Source: Chrysomallon squamiferum (taxonomy: Eukaryota > Animalia > Mollusca). From it: a DNA stretch of 64,000 bases. The position numbers and the translations under genes were made by a program. Numbering within the stretch: the stretch's first letter is position 1; each line of letters starts with the position of its first letter. Location of the stretch: NCBI GenBank assembly GCA_012295275.1, contig CM022673.1:10168001-10232000 (forward strand). The letters run 5' to 3'. The notes under the pieces were generated by a model. It saw only the letters and a list, made by a program, of their open reading frames with translations. It had not been told where the DNA came from and did no database searches. This document shows positions 1 to 15,927 of this stretch, in pieces.

Positions 1-279
1 TTAATTTTTATTTTATTTTAAATATTTTTAACATTCTTCTTTTTTTAATCTAAACAAAAGCTGTTTATTTATTTATCTATTTATTTGTTTGTTTGTGTGT
101 TTGTTTATTTGAATAAAGTAATAGTTGAAATTTTATATTCTTTCTCATTTGTAAATATTATTCTAAAAATAGAAAACAAAAACAACTAAAAACCTAACTA
201 ATGAAAGTCGCTTTTACACTAAATATTGGAAAGAAGTTAATTAATTCTTAGATCTTTCTAATTTTGTTGCTTGTTTGGG

Positions 280-313
<34 letters not shown>

Positions 314-983
314 AATTAAAATAAAAAAAAAAAAATAAAAAAAGTTCCTGAAAAGAGTTCATTAACACCACAAGAAAATCTCTCAATGATCAAATTCAGC
401 CTAACTCTAAAAACGCTATCTTGCTCTAATTAGGCGCATGGCCGAAAATAGCCGAAAACTTCCGAAATAGATTTTCGTCAAAACCCGGTTGTTCACGGAA
501 ATTCCCATTATAAAGAATGCGGCTTTAATTTTATTGATTTAGTGACACTTTTTAAGAACATTTTTTTTTTTTAAAACACGGACTTACTGTTACAATTAAT
601 TTGTCATTTTTCTTTCTGCTATGTTTTTTTTTTATTTCTTATTTTAAAAACTATTGACACCCACAACTCTTTTACAGACAATTCCATTAAGGCTTGTAAA
701 AAAAAGCCGTATATATAGTTATAATTGATGGAATAAAATGGATTCACTTTGGTCACCTTTAACGTGTACACTTCTGCTAATGGATGTCCGTAACTCATCG
801 AAATAGCCCGTTTTTTGGTTAATGTCTGGAAGTGAGTGATAAAAATAAAACATTTAATCGTGAATGGACATTACAAAGGCCAGAGATAAACCAGCTGGAC
901 CAGTCGAGTGCAGGTTTATTCAGAAATCTCTATCAGCTTTTAAAATAATCAGCCGTTTAGCCACCGGCCTTAAACAGTAAGTT

Positions 984-1385
984 AGGTGATAGGAAAAAAT
1001 AGTGTAAATGCATTACATGTAGGTGACAGGAAAAAATAGTGTAAATACATTACATGTAGGTGATAGGAAAAAATAGTGTAAATACATTACATGTAGGTGA
1101 CAGGAAAAATAGTGTAAATACATAGTAGTGTAAATACATTACATGTAGGTGACAGGAAAAAATAGTGTAAATGCATTACATGTAGGTGACAGGAAAAAAT
1201 AGTGTAAATACATTACATGTAGGTGACAGGAAAAAATAGTGTAAATACATTACATGTAGGTGACAGGAAAAAATAGTGTAAATACATTACATGTAGGTGA
1301 TACGAAAAGAAAAAATAGGTGGTGATAGGAAAAAATAGTGTAAATACATTAAATATAGGTGATACGAAAAAATAGTGTAAATATA
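984..1385. repeat. Minisatellite, 37-bp unit (AGGTGACAGGAAAAAATAGTGTAAATACATTACATGT), about 10 copies
   Basis: Head-to-tail copies with unit starts at e.g. 1021 and 1058; no unique spacers. Confidence 0.95.
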
Positions 1386-2924
1386 TTCCATATTCTATCA
1401 GTTTTTATTTATTTATATTTTTTAAAATTTTGAATTCTATTTATTTATTTATTTATTTATTTATTTTATTTTATTTTATTTTATTTTATTTTATTATTAT
1501 TATTTTTTTTTTTTTTCACTGTCCAATTTTAATTCATAACGATGTTTAACAACAAAAGTGTACAGTTTAAAAATATCTGGGCGCCGCCATTTTCTATAAA
1601 ATCCTTACGCCATCGTGAACTGCTCCAAAGCAAAGCTTCCCTAAGCTATGAGATAGGAAAACTGCATTACTCTAACAAGGAATAAAAATAATTAAGCTTC
1701 TTCTTCTTTCACTCCAAAACTGTACTGTATATCAAAATTCATTTTGGTACTACCGAATGGGTGGAATACAATAGAGGGCGCTGCAGACGAAGACAGCTAG
1801 ACACGAAGGAGGAGGACTCCTAACTATTTGGGAACCAGTGCTTTAAAGTTTCTTCTAGCGTTAATAATAATAATAATAATAATAATAAAATAAATAAATT
1901 TTTATTATATAAAAAATCAGAATAACACAGCTATCAGTCCACCATCAAGAAGAAGACACTATGACTTCAGTTGTGAAGGAGTAAAATGGCGGCGTTCATG
2001 TTTTTTGTAATATTTCATTGTCACAGTTTATAACAAACAGTGATAAGCTCGCCAAAACAATAAAGTAATAATATAGGGAAAAAAAATGTATTAGATCATT
2101 TATTCGTATCGCTACATATACTTTAAGATGTTAGAGGGATAAGTTACCGATATTGATTTCTACTTAGACTTGTACGAGAAAGTGTGAGATGTTTTTTTCT
2201 TTGAGCGACTGTTTAACATTAACACCGTTTTGGTCAGTTCACCCATCTACTGCATGTGGTAGTCAGAATTTCCCTTGCTCGACAAAGTGCCCAGGAACAC
2301 AGGCTACTAGTTTCCTTTCTGGGATATCAGGATTTGAAAAAGAAAATAAAGAAAAACCTCGTCTCAGTCAATTTGTGTGTCTCTCTCTCTCTTTCTCTCT
2401 CTCTCCTTGCCTCTTTCTGTCTCTATCTCTGTCTCTGTCTCTCTCACACTCCCTTTCTGTTTCATACTGAGAAATGTATTATTGAGATTTTCTGTTAAAA
2501 ATATTTACGTTGCTCGCTAGATGTCAAGTCATGATATGGTCGTTTAAAGTTCATTTCCATAATTAGTTTACAACATCATTCGAAAACCACCAATTAAAAC
2601 AGTCAAGTATAGTTAAAGGGCGGGCAGCTCAAGTTCAAGCATTTTAAGCCGAGAACAGAAATTCAATTTCACTACTTCATTAGCAATGAAATGACAGCCT
2701 TATTAATATTTTTTAATGTTTTTTTTTTTTTTTTTTTTTTTTTTATTACTATTATCTTTTTTTTTTTTTTTTTTTCAATGATCATTATTAAATTGGCGTT
2801 TCGTTCTTGTTTTCACATTTCTGCCTATAAGCTTTCACGTTTTCTCTGAAGCAAAGCTGTTTTCAAATCATATATATTTCTCGTGTTGTCTTTCTCTTTC
2901 TTGTAACCAGAGAATATTTTTGAA

Positions 2925-3136
2925 AATAATCTTTACTTTTTTTAAACACTGTTTTATGGTTTCTTTCTTTCTGTAGTTTATTATTGGAATAATATTGTTC
3001 TAGATTAATAGTAACAAATCTGAGATATTAGCTAAATCTGTAATGTCAACAGATTTGATCAAACTTTCATTATCTATCATTACAACCATTTATTTTTTAT
3101 TTCCTTATATATATATAGATATATATATGTATATAT

Positions 3137-3197
<61 letters not shown>

Positions 3198-3249
3198 CAT
3201 AAAACCTATTTTGTTGTTATTAGCAAGTCACACACTGATTACAAATGAG

Positions 3250-3317
<68 letters not shown>
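2925..3317. repeat. Diverged local duplication, copy A (copy B at ~6108-6447)
   Basis: Shared blocks AAACACT..TAGATTAAT..GATATTA..TTTGATC..AACCATTTAT and CTATTTTGTTGTTATTAGCA..GAGTGCATCTCTC followed by (CT)n in both copies. Confidence 0.8.
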
Positions 3318-3321
<4 letters not shown>

Positions 3322-3905
3322 TATTTTCTTTTATCTCTTCTCTCCATCTGTATATCCATTTCTTCCTTTCACTTTCTCCAACACAGCCTTTCTGTATTAT
3401 TTTTAAAATAATTAATTTAATTGTTTCACGATAATTTTCAGAAGTTTCTTTCTTTTTTTTCCCCCTTTCTCCAGAAGTGTCCAGTAACTCAAAAAAACAA
3501 CAACCCACAAATCATTAAAAATATAAAAATACAGAATTATACCAATCACGAAACATTATAACATATCAACAAAAGTACGTAACACTAATTTATTTTAATA
3601 TTTCCTGTTCCATTTTTCCCTTCACGTTTTCGTCTTCTATTTCAGCTCTTTAATTCCACTAGAAATATTGTTTTTCAATGATATTTGTCGGTGATAAATT
3701 CAGTTGTGATATTAAAGAAATTTAATCAGTTAACTGTTCTCTAAACTTTTTCATAGAAGGATATTGTTAGAGGTTACCGTATCATTCCCTCCAGCGTTTT
3801 GTTGACTCAGGTGTCAAAGTTCTTGTTGTATGTTTACACAGGAAAAATCACAGTTATAGAGTGGGCGTTGATACTAATAGGAAAAAACATAACATTTCCT
3901 GATGA

Positions 3906-3948
<43 letters not shown>

Positions 3949-3981
3949 GTAAGAATAATGATGATGATGATAACAACAACG

Positions 3982-4039
<58 letters not shown>

Positions 4040-6107
4040 AATAGCAATAATAATACTACTTCATGCACCGCACCAGCAGCAACAATAACTACTACTAATA
4101 ACTACTACTACTACTACTACTAATAATAATAATAATAATAATACAAGCGAATTCTAAACGCAATGGCAATGAAAAATTCAATAATTCGAAGGAAAAAACG
4201 ACAAAAAAACCACCAAACACTTAATAACTGATCGTTTTTCTATTTATCTGTCTCTCTGTCTTTTTGTCTGTCTGTCTGTCTGTCTGTCTGTATGCCTCAA
4301 CACAGTATATATCTCAACACATACGCACACGCACACACATAACCGAACTTGGCTTAAAATTACATCATTATGTGGGGGTTTTTGTTGTTTTTTATGGTGT
4401 TTTTTCGAAGACAAGGGTTTTGACTCATTAATCAAGCTCACTGCTAGTTGAAACTCGACCAAGCGACAAAAACAGTGAAGACATTTGTCAGTGGGTAATT
4501 CGGGTCTGACAGAAAACGTTTTTGTTCATTGATCTTTATTAGACGTGTAAAACAAAAATAATTACATGAAACAAAACAATAAAATAAATAACATGAAATC
4601 AGTAAATGATAAACTGTTGAACGGAATAAATTAAAATGAAACATGTACTTTATATACCATTGAAAAATATATAAGTATATTTGTATGAATGCATGAATGT
4701 ATGTATGTATGTATGTATGTATGTATGTATGTATGTATGTATGTATGTATGTATGTATGTATGTATGTATGTATGAATGTATGTATGTATGTATGAATGT
4801 ATTATATATATGATTATGTGTGTTTGTGTGTTTATGTGTGTATATATATGTGTGTTTGTGACTATATGCATGTATGTATATGTAAGCTTGTGTATGGATT
4901 TGTGCCTGTGTACACACACACACACACACACATATAACATACATACACACACTGACGCACACACATGTATATATAATGGTTAGAGAGATAGATGCATCCG
5001 TCCCAACTTTCATATACTAGACTGTACATATATAAGTGGGTTCGAATGACATGAGGTATCGAGTGACAGATAGGAACAAATGTATAATTAACGAACTATA
5101 GTAAGATACATTTAATAAGTATGTATGTATACAACTGTTTCTTTACTTAAGCAGTTTCTTATCAATGAATATCAAAACCCTCGTCCCTAGCAGTCTACAA
5201 TACTGTACACGTTAAACACCATAGATGCGTCTCTTAATAATGTCCTCTGAATACCGCTGTACAGCTTGAACAAACCTCGCTTTGTTATTTGACTATTGTC
5301 ACGGACGCCATCCAGACTGAAAAAAAAACAAAAAACAACACACACAAAAACACAATTAGTATTTCCTTGGAGCAGTCTAAAAGGTTATTCTAAAAATACA
5401 TAACATTACAGACCTTTGGAAAAACAGTAATATATCATTAAAGTTTCTCAGGGATAGTTAGAGTTACAGCGATGATTAAAATTTAAACAGAAACAAAATA
5501 AAAAAAAAGTCAGAGAACTGGTGTTTCTTACTTACGAAAGAAATCCAGTGGGATTTTTTATTTTATTATTTGTGCTTGGATTATGAGTTCGGTTAGTTAA
5601 TGGAAATTAATTAATTCTTTTTGATATGAGCATAGGTATACTTTAGCCTTAATTAAAATTTAAAGGAAAAAAAAAAAAAAAAAAAAGAAGAAGAAAAAAA
5701 AGTGTTATGTTCAAATTAATGGCAAAAACCTGGGGAAATTTTGCTAATGCAGTATAAAACAAACAGTTTGTTACTGACAGCGATTTAATTCTTTTTGATG
5801 TTAACATATAGCGTAATTAATATATATGTATGTATGTATGTATATCTATATCTGATGGGATTTAGAAAAGCGTTAGACAAACATGAGTTGAAGCGGAAAT
5901 GAAAATAAATTTGTCTCACTCCATTTCTAAATTTCATCCTGTCGTTCATTTGTGGTGTGTGCATTTATTTTTGTTCTTTAAAAGTGTTTATTTTCTTTAC
6001 GAACTATTACGTGGAGACTGATAAAGACAGGGAGACATTTTGTTTCTTGTTGAAAGAATTGCCTACTAAATGATCGTGTGAATTAAGAATTATTTACTGA
6101 AAATTAG

Positions 6108-6451
<344 letters not shown>

Positions 6452-7490
6452 GGGGCTTTAACTCTCCATTCCTAACGTTGCAGTGCTAAACTTATATTTA
6501 CATATCACGAAATTTGATTCCTTTTACTCAAAAGCAAAGTCGGTAGAAAATGACATCGCCAAACTTTTAGGACATTGCTCTGTATCATTACCTCTTCTAG
6601 CACAAAGATGTCACAACATTAACCTCTTTTCTTTAATTTTTTTTTTTTTCATAATGGAACAATATTATATTCACATATTTTGTATTCCAGTTCTAATTCT
6701 CTCTTGCATAGAACAGATAGAGTTTCTAAACGTATTCCGTAGCCATTAACTACACACTTACATCACTATTCTCAATTACATTAGCCATTAGCCTCTAGAC
6801 AAAAATTGTAGATTAATTCCCGTTACCTAATGCAGTGGCTTTGGATGACAAAAGGGTGTCCAGATTTTCAAATTTCATCTCAATCCTTGGGATTATGCCG
6901 TCGTTTACGTTTGAAATACTTTTGCTAATTAACCGGCAGCGAGGTGAGATCAGTGAATTACGATTTGATAATTTGCCGTCTGCGTTGAGAGGTAAGTAGT
7001 GCTTACGTGAATAAGCAGCAGCGTAAAGAGGTGCGAGCGAGGAGATCGCTGGGCGTTTAAACTGGATGAAACACGAGTAATTACGAAACGTATCGCGGAT
7101 CAAAATTCGAAACCCGCTCGTCGTTAGGTACACACGTTGAGAGAAAGTAATTAATATTGAATTACGTTACGAAATTCTAGCAAAAATGTTGCCGTTCGAA
7201 GTCAGATGTCTGTCAGTCTTTCTCTCTGTGTTCTGTTACTTTGTCTCTCGTTGTTTATCTCTCTGTGCTTCTGTCTCTCTCTCTCAATCTCTCTCTCTCT
7301 CTCTCTGTCTCTCTGTCTCTCTTCTTCTTCTTCTTCTTCTTCTTCTTCTTCTTCTTCTCTCTGTTAGATAATGACCAAGTCTTAAATCAAGAGGTAAAAA
7401 AAGAAAAAGAAAATTTAAAAAAAAACCCAGCTATATTTTAAAAATATAAATTAGAAAAATGAAAACATTATGCTTGTGCAAACAGTTTTG

Positions 7491-7561
<71 letters not shown>

Positions 7562-7990
7562 ATAAAATTAAACCTGATTTCTGTCATAAACAATCAGTGG
7601 ACAGTTAAATTTCGAAATCAAGGAAAACCAAGCGAATCGTTCGAAACTGATAAATCACTAAAAAAAAAAAAAAAAAAAAAAAAAAAGTATAGCTTCAATT
7701 TGTAACAGGGAAAATATGCTTTCTCCAAGAGCACGATATCGTTTAAATTGCATACAGTTCATTATTGACTGGTATTAAGTGGTCATCTTGAAGCGGAGCC
7801 TCTAGAAAAGCGGAACACAGAGGGGCGATCAGTCCTGCATTGATTTACGTTTTAAAATAATAACTGATCTTTAAACTGCGCTTCCGGCTACATGCACCGG
7901 GTCAGCTCAGCGTAGAGTTGAATTTAATTACACGAGAAAATACTGTTTGTGAACTCGACTACATTTCGGTCTGAAGACCAAGGAATGGAA

Positions 7991-8025
<35 letters not shown>

Positions 8026-8567
8026 TGGTTAAAGATTTTGTGTGGTCGATAGACAGAAACCATTTTGCGATTTGACAGAAGCGATGTTTTCAGCGAGAAT
8101 CCAAACGACAGATTACATAAGATTTAAATTATCGCCGATTTTTCGAATGTTAGAAGCAACATCGAATGTCACTACAGAAATCACGGATGGTTTCCACGAA
8201 TTGTTTCGTGTGACTGGCTTTATCGCTAATGACGACACTGTGACGTCATTGGTCAATTTTTTTCTAGTTGCATGTTCGGATACCAACATGGACATGAATA
8301 AACTATTTAAAAAATATCAGGAAATAGCCTAATTGTGCATTAAATAGTTTCAAATAACAAACTTTCCTAATAATAAAGTATATGACAAAATTAATACCAT
8401 ATACAGAAATGTTTCTCCCATCTTTCGTGACGTTACATTATTCATATGAAGTTTAAAATTGAAATAATTTTCTTCTTCTTTTTTCTTTCTTTATTACTGC
8501 CTATATATAGTGAGGTTTTTGTTTTTCTACTATTACTGTTGCTATTATGATTATTATTATTATTATT

Positions 8568-8600
<33 letters not shown>

Positions 8601-9869
8601 ATTTCATTAGACATTTTTTCTTTCTTTTGATTTTTTTTTGGGGGTTGTTGTTGTTGTTTTGTTTGTTTGTTTGTTTTTTCTTAGTGTTTTCCCCCGTTAT
8701 TAATTCACCATTAATTGTGTATCGAGGATTTCGCAAAAGCGGGGACTTGGTATATATTGTCTTTCAGATGAAATGAATATCATAAAGTAGATTTAGAAAT
8801 AGACGACATTAGTTTCTGAAAAAGAAAATAACCTCACAAATAAAGCAAGAAAAAAAAAACACTTCCAATCCTTTGATATTTACAAGATTATTTTTATTCA
8901 TAGCCTCGAGTTATGTACAAAGAAAACGAAATTAAAAAATGATTGAATGAAAAAAAAAAAAAAAAAACAATAAACAGCTGCCACCATTATATTCGTTGTG
9001 TTTCTAACATGCACTGTTCACATTAACTGATACACCGCGGCTTTTAATACATCTAAATGCGTCATGAATATTTGTTCGGTTATTTTTTCTCCCTCCAGTT
9101 CTCTCAAGGAAAGGACAGATAACATGGAAATTCCTTGAGTTTAATTCGTTTGCTCAATGTATAACACGAACATCAACGAACGAGAGCGCTGAAGACGCAT
9201 CTGTTAGCGGTAATAGCTTATGAATTGCAATTTTCCGCGGGCACGACAAATATATGACGTGATAGTCAAATTTACTCAAGCTCCGAAAATTGTCGGAACA
9301 AGCACCCGCCAAATACGCATGCGCGAGTTTCGTCCGTTTTGTGCGGGGTTTGCAGAACGATTCACTGAAGACGGTTTCGGGACAATATTTGTACGACCTC
9401 AGGGGGTAAGATGTAAATGCAACAAATTGCGTTTTCAGACAGCGACGTCTTCAGTCGAATACAGAAAGAGAAAAAAGAAAATCTTTTCAGTTCTGGGCTG
9501 AATGATGATGATCTATCTGCCGGCTGTGACGTCACTGCTGGTGGGGGGGAGGTAGAAAGAAGCAACGATAAAAGAAGTGTTATTAATTTTCTTTTTCTTT
9601 ATTTTTTTTACCTTTATTTTTTATTTTTTATTTTTTTTTTTTTTACATTTGTGTTGTAGTCCAGGGTTATTTTCAGTTTTTGTATATTTTTTTTTTCTCA
9701 TCATCTTTTATCTTTTCATTTTTCTACTCATTCGTTTTTCTTTCGATCATTTTCTCTCACTGTTGCTGATTCATTCGATCTTTTTGTCTTCTCTTCTCTC
9801 ATTCTCGCTAGTTTCTGTCTGTTTCCTTTTCCATCACTTTCACTCTATGTTCTTTCAGTTTCGTTCTAG

Positions 9870-9979
<110 letters not shown>

Positions 9980-10577
9980 CTCTCCCCCTACCTATCTACA
10001 TTTATCTTTTTTCTTTTTACTTCTCTCTCTTCTTTACCAAAATTCACTTTGCTCCAGCAGTTCTGTCGAATGGCCATTCACCCTTAAACTGTATTTTATA
10101 AAATAAATAAAACATACGAAAGTTAAATTTATATTTTCAAAAAAATGCCAAAATTCTATTACTTTTCTTTCAATACTGAGTTCTTTTTTGGAAAAAAAAT
10201 TATTAATGTAACATTCAGGAAAAAGTATTCGCATAGTTAAATTTTCAAAACGCTTTCAGTTTGTCTAAATTTTAAAAAGGAAATTTTATTTTAATACATC
10301 GAATACTGGCTGATAATAATATATTTTAGGCAATATTAGTTGTGCACAAATAAAATTAGCCAAACAAGAGACCAAACAAGAGTTTTAAAAAATGTCATTT
10401 TTTGTATGGAATATAATATTATTTTAACAATAGAATGAATGACTGTTAAACGTCCTCTCTACATCGTTAAAAAGTTACATTTTGTGAAAATAACTGCAAA
10501 ATTTCATAGAGAGCGACAAAGTAACAGAGAGAAGGGGTGAAGGGAAGAGAGAGAGAAACAGAGATACAAAGAATGTA

Positions 10578-10778
<201 letters not shown>

Positions 10779-11458
10779 CAGAGATCCTAACAGTTTATTT
10801 TATATTTCTAATATATTTATATTTGACTTAAAAATGCTTAACGTTATTGAAAAGACTATAATGCCGCTTTAATTCGACAGACAAATGTTAAATAGCATTT
10901 TATTTGCTTCTTGATCTTTTTATCCCTGTAAAATTTTATATTTGTATTTTTTATTTTTTTATTTTATTTTTTTTTTTATTTTATTTATTTTTTTTTTTTT
11001 TTTATTTTACTTTATTTTTATTTGATTTATGATAATGAAATACAGCGAAGAGGGTCATGCAAGAAGCCGTTATTAAAAGTCATATCAATTCGGGTTGCTC
11101 TGGGTCATTATTTCATCGCGGGGCAGAACGAAACATACATGGGACACCCGGGGCAAACACGGTCTTAAAAATATGACTTATTGCTTTGGACTGAAGATGT
11201 CAGATTGTGGTCTCTAAAGAATGAAAGGCTGTTAATTTTTTGTGTCTTTGATTTTTGTATTTTCTTTTGTTTTCCCTTCGTTATGCTTTTAAAAGAGACG
11301 TTCTCTTTCAGTGATAAATACAATACAGATGGCACAGTTCAAATCGAAAACATTAATTCTAAATTAATATTTCTTTTTGTTGTAATAATAATAATAATAA
11401 TAATATATAAAAACACACAAGAAAGTGAGTTTCTTTTTTTGTTTTTTATTACTGCTGC

Positions 11459-11510
<52 letters not shown>

Positions 11511-11822
11511 GTAGTAGTAGTAGTTGTAGAGATACAGCAAGAGGAGTAATAGTAGTATTAGTAATGGTTGTAGTAGTAGAAGAAGTAGTAGCAGTAGATG
11601 TAGTAATACTTGTAGTAATAATGTCTGTAAATGTAGCAGAAGTATTAATATTAATGATAGCAGTAGTAGTAGTAGTAACAGTATCAGCAGTAGTAATACT
11701 CGTAATATTAGTAATAGTAATAAAACTAAGAGTAATAAGTATTACTACTACTACTAGCAGTAGTTGTAGTTGTATAAGTGGTAATAGTAGTTGTATTAAT
11801 AATAATAATAATAATAATAATA

Positions 11823-11869
<47 letters not shown>

Positions 11870-12947
11870 GATAATAACAATGGTAGTAGTACTGGTAGTG
11901 GTGATTGTAGTAATAGTAGTAGTATTAATAGTAGTAATTGTAGTTGTAGTTGTAGTAATAGTAGTGCTATTAGCAACATTAATAAATATACAAATAAATA
12001 AATAAGCATTTTTTCCATAATTATGTCAGATGTACCTGATATAGACATATTTATTTACAGTTTATGTTGTGGTTATTGTAGCTATTGTTGGAAATGCGAT
12101 TTAAAATACCAGAAAAATAAATCTAAAGAAGAAAAAATAGAGAACAGATTTAACAAATAAATGTTTCCTGTTTTAAACATTTATACTGATTGAACTTAAA
12201 AAAATAAATAAACTGTAATAAATAAAAGAAGAAAAAGAGAATAGACAAAAACGTGAAAAAAAAATGTTTAAAACAAAAAAAAAAATAAATAAAGAAAATT
12301 TAAAAGAAAAATTCAAAAAAAAAAAAATCTAAAATAAAGCAAAAAAAAAGCAAATGTTTATTGGATTAAAATGGATCAATTACATTTTATTTATTTAATT
12401 TTAAATTTTTTTTTTTTTTAATAAAAAGTAACCAAAAATCATAGCGAAAGAAAACTGTTTTTTTGTTTCGCTTACACCTCATGTACGTCGATTTCATTTA
12501 TCGTGAACGTTTTAAAGAAGTTTTTAACGTGTAAATAACATGATGCTAATCGAGTGGGAATTTTCACTAATCTGTATTTTTTGTTTTTGTTCTATTTTCG
12601 TGCTGTTTCCTTTGAAGCCAATTAATTAAACGTACTATTATCAGAAGATACTTAAAGTACTCTTTCTACTTTTATTTATTTATGTATTTATTTATTTATT
12701 TATTTATTTGTTAGTTTGTTTGTTTTATTTGTTTGTTTGTTTGTTTATATATTTATTTATATATGGCCTTTTGAAAAAAAAAAATAATAAAAAAATAATT
12801 CGTTAGTTTTATAATTTTGGATAACTGAATGAATTTGATTTGGCAGTACTTTTTTAACTTAGGGTATTACTTTGCACAGATGTACATGTTATTAATTAAT
12901 ACGCTTTTGAAAATTTACTTACAATGACATAGATATACACATAGACA

Positions 12948-12992
<45 letters not shown>

Positions 12993-14797
12993 CGTACATA
13001 CATACATACGCACATGCATAATACATGTCTGCATAACTGTCTGCATTATGGAATCTTTATTCCCAGAAAACAGAATTTTGTCAGAGTTTAATCAAACGTA
13101 CTACAAGAAAGCAAAAATACATATGTCATATTAAATACATTAACATAAACTGACAGACTAAAAAAAAATAATACAAAACAAAAATCAATTTTGTTCCCTC
13201 TACCTTTCACTCGTATTGTACATTTTGTTTCACTGACTGAGTTTTACTTCGTTCCACTGACCATTCAGTTAGTTTGTCTAATCAGACTTCAAGGACTTTT
13301 ACTCAAGCCGTGCATTATGCATCAGTATGCACGTTTTCAGTCATTGCTGTGTTAATTAAATATGAGAGCTTCACGGCTCTGCTGGCACGTGAAACACATA
13401 TATTCGGAGTAATCTAGCACGTTATGATGGAAGTAATCAGTGTTTTTATGATCGAGAGCCACGCACGAGTGACTGTTAATAAATACGCAGGTAGGAATAG
13501 AAGCGAACGTAAGCCACATGAACACTTACTGGAGAAGTCATAGTTTGAATTATGTTTGTTTTGAAATTGTCAGTTCGTGCGTGGCTGCATATGTATATAT
13601 CTGTTTGTGTGTTGTGTAACGTATGTACATATGTTTGTGTGTGTGTTTGTTTGCTATGCATTATGCATTAGTATGTTTGTATATAAGTATGTATGTGCGA
13701 ATATGTGTGAGTTTATATGTATGTATTTATGTATGTATATATGTACGTATTTGTGAATGTCTGTGTATGTATGTATATATGTACGAGTATGAGTATGTAA
13801 GCATGTGTGTATGTGATTGTATATATGAATGTGTTTATGTGTGTGTATAAGTGTGATTATATATGTGTGTATGTTTTACATATGTGTGAATATGTGTATG
13901 TATGTACGTGTTTATATGTGTTTGATTATACATACATACGTATATAGGTCTAAGATTATATACACAGGTATACAGTATATGTCTACACATACGTGTCTGT
14001 GTGATTGTGATCTATGTATATAATTATAACAGACACTAAACTGAGCGAAAAACGGGTGATCAGACATCAGACTGTTTCCTTAACTTCACTTCTGCTAACC
14101 ACCTGACACGTGTACGGTTTCTGTAAATCAAATAACGCAGTCTGCTGAGGTGACTGTCCTTATTTGATTACGTAAGCAAAGTGTGACCGTATTACGTCTA
14201 AACCTGTGACGTTCGGTCGTTGGTAAATAGCTGAATTATACGATGCAGAGCGTTGAAAACCTGGCGCCGTTAACCGACACTGGGGAAATTTAAACCCGAG
14301 TAAATCGTTTAAAGAGGTCTTGGTGATACAGACATCGATCATCTTTCATTATAACCTAATCGCATGAAAAATGCGTCTATACGACGGGAATGTATTAAGG
14401 AATACGATGCAAAAAGATATCATCGTTATTCAGTGTTTTGCGCTGATAACGATTTCTTTTATTTAATTTCATCCGAGAAGAAAGAAGAGGAAGCTTACTT
14501 CAGATGATTATATAAGAGTTAGCTGTCGATGGATAGACATCACACAATTCTTTGAACTAGCGAGACACACAATTATACAGTAAGCTAAACAGATATTCGA
14601 AAACAAATATAGAAAAAATGAGTACCTAGTTACGTACATATGTACAGACGCAGAAAAAGACAGATCCAGACATACACACAAATATGCATGTATGAATATA
14701 TGCATACTTACAAACATATATACATTCATGCATAGATAAACACAAACACTAAAAACATACATATACACTTACTCGTACCATACACAAATACAAAAAC

Positions 14798-14828
<31 letters not shown>

Positions 14829-15890
14829 ACATACATACGTACGTACGTACATAATACATAGATATACATACATACATAATACATAGATATACATACATAC
14901 ATACAAACAAATACATATATGCATACATACACACATAAACAGATACATACATACATACACACTTACAAACACATACAGATACACATACATACATATATGC
15001 ACATATACATACTTTAACAGCCAGTGTGCCTAACACATAGAAATTAGCCAAATAAATAAGATTAAAAGTACAGTAAAAGATTCCCGTTATTTTTCTGTCG
15101 TGAACGAAACAGAGCACAATGATAAATGAATCTTTAAACGAAATGAAAATCCCTTTTAATGTCATTTCTTTTTTTCCTTTTTTTTTTTTTCAAAGCAGAA
15201 TAAAACCATTGAGATCATTTTCTCTGGAAATGCGTTGATCATTGATGATTTTTTATTTTATTTTTTTTTTTTTTTCACTGAAGAAAAACAAAACAGAAAT
15301 AGAAACAGCACTCTAAAACGACATCATGGCAAAAGTTAATAAACTAAACAAAAATAAATAGAAATTACAATTACTTCGAATCAGAGGTTAGTAAACAGAA
15401 ACATAATATCGTGTTGCAGGTTAATAAATAAAGCAGAAATAAACAAAAGCATAAAAACATGCCAAAGGTTAATGAACAAAACAAAAATAACTAGCAGCTG
15501 CAACGACACCGTGCAAAAGTTTAATCAACAGACGAAAATAGATTAAAAAGATAATAATTTAAAAAAAAAAAAAAAAAAAATAGAAATTGAAATTATATCA
15601 TGACGTATATTAGTGAACAAAACAAAGAATTGAATGAATGAATACAAAAATAAATAAATAAATAACAAATAAATAAACAACCGTAGATAATGAATCAATG
15701 AATCAAAATATTGATAAATAAATAAATAAATAAACAAGTAAAAACGCACATAAATATTCAAATAGAAAGAATGAATGAATAAATAAATACAAAAAAAAAA
15801 AAAAAAAAAAAAAAAAACGAAGAAAACAAACAAATCAATAAGTCAGTAAACAAAATAAATAAAAATTAAACAAAGAAAAACAACAGCGAC

Positions 15891-15927
<37 letters not shown>

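Noticed and set aside
984-1385. 37-bp repeats of CRISPR-like length
   Set aside because: Head-to-tail with no unique spacers, no cas genes, eukaryotic context.
8042-9565. Non-repetitive ORFs at 8042, 9220 and 9362 (also 6813)
   Set aside because: No recognisable domain, no phase-consistent exon chain, and lengths expected by chance.
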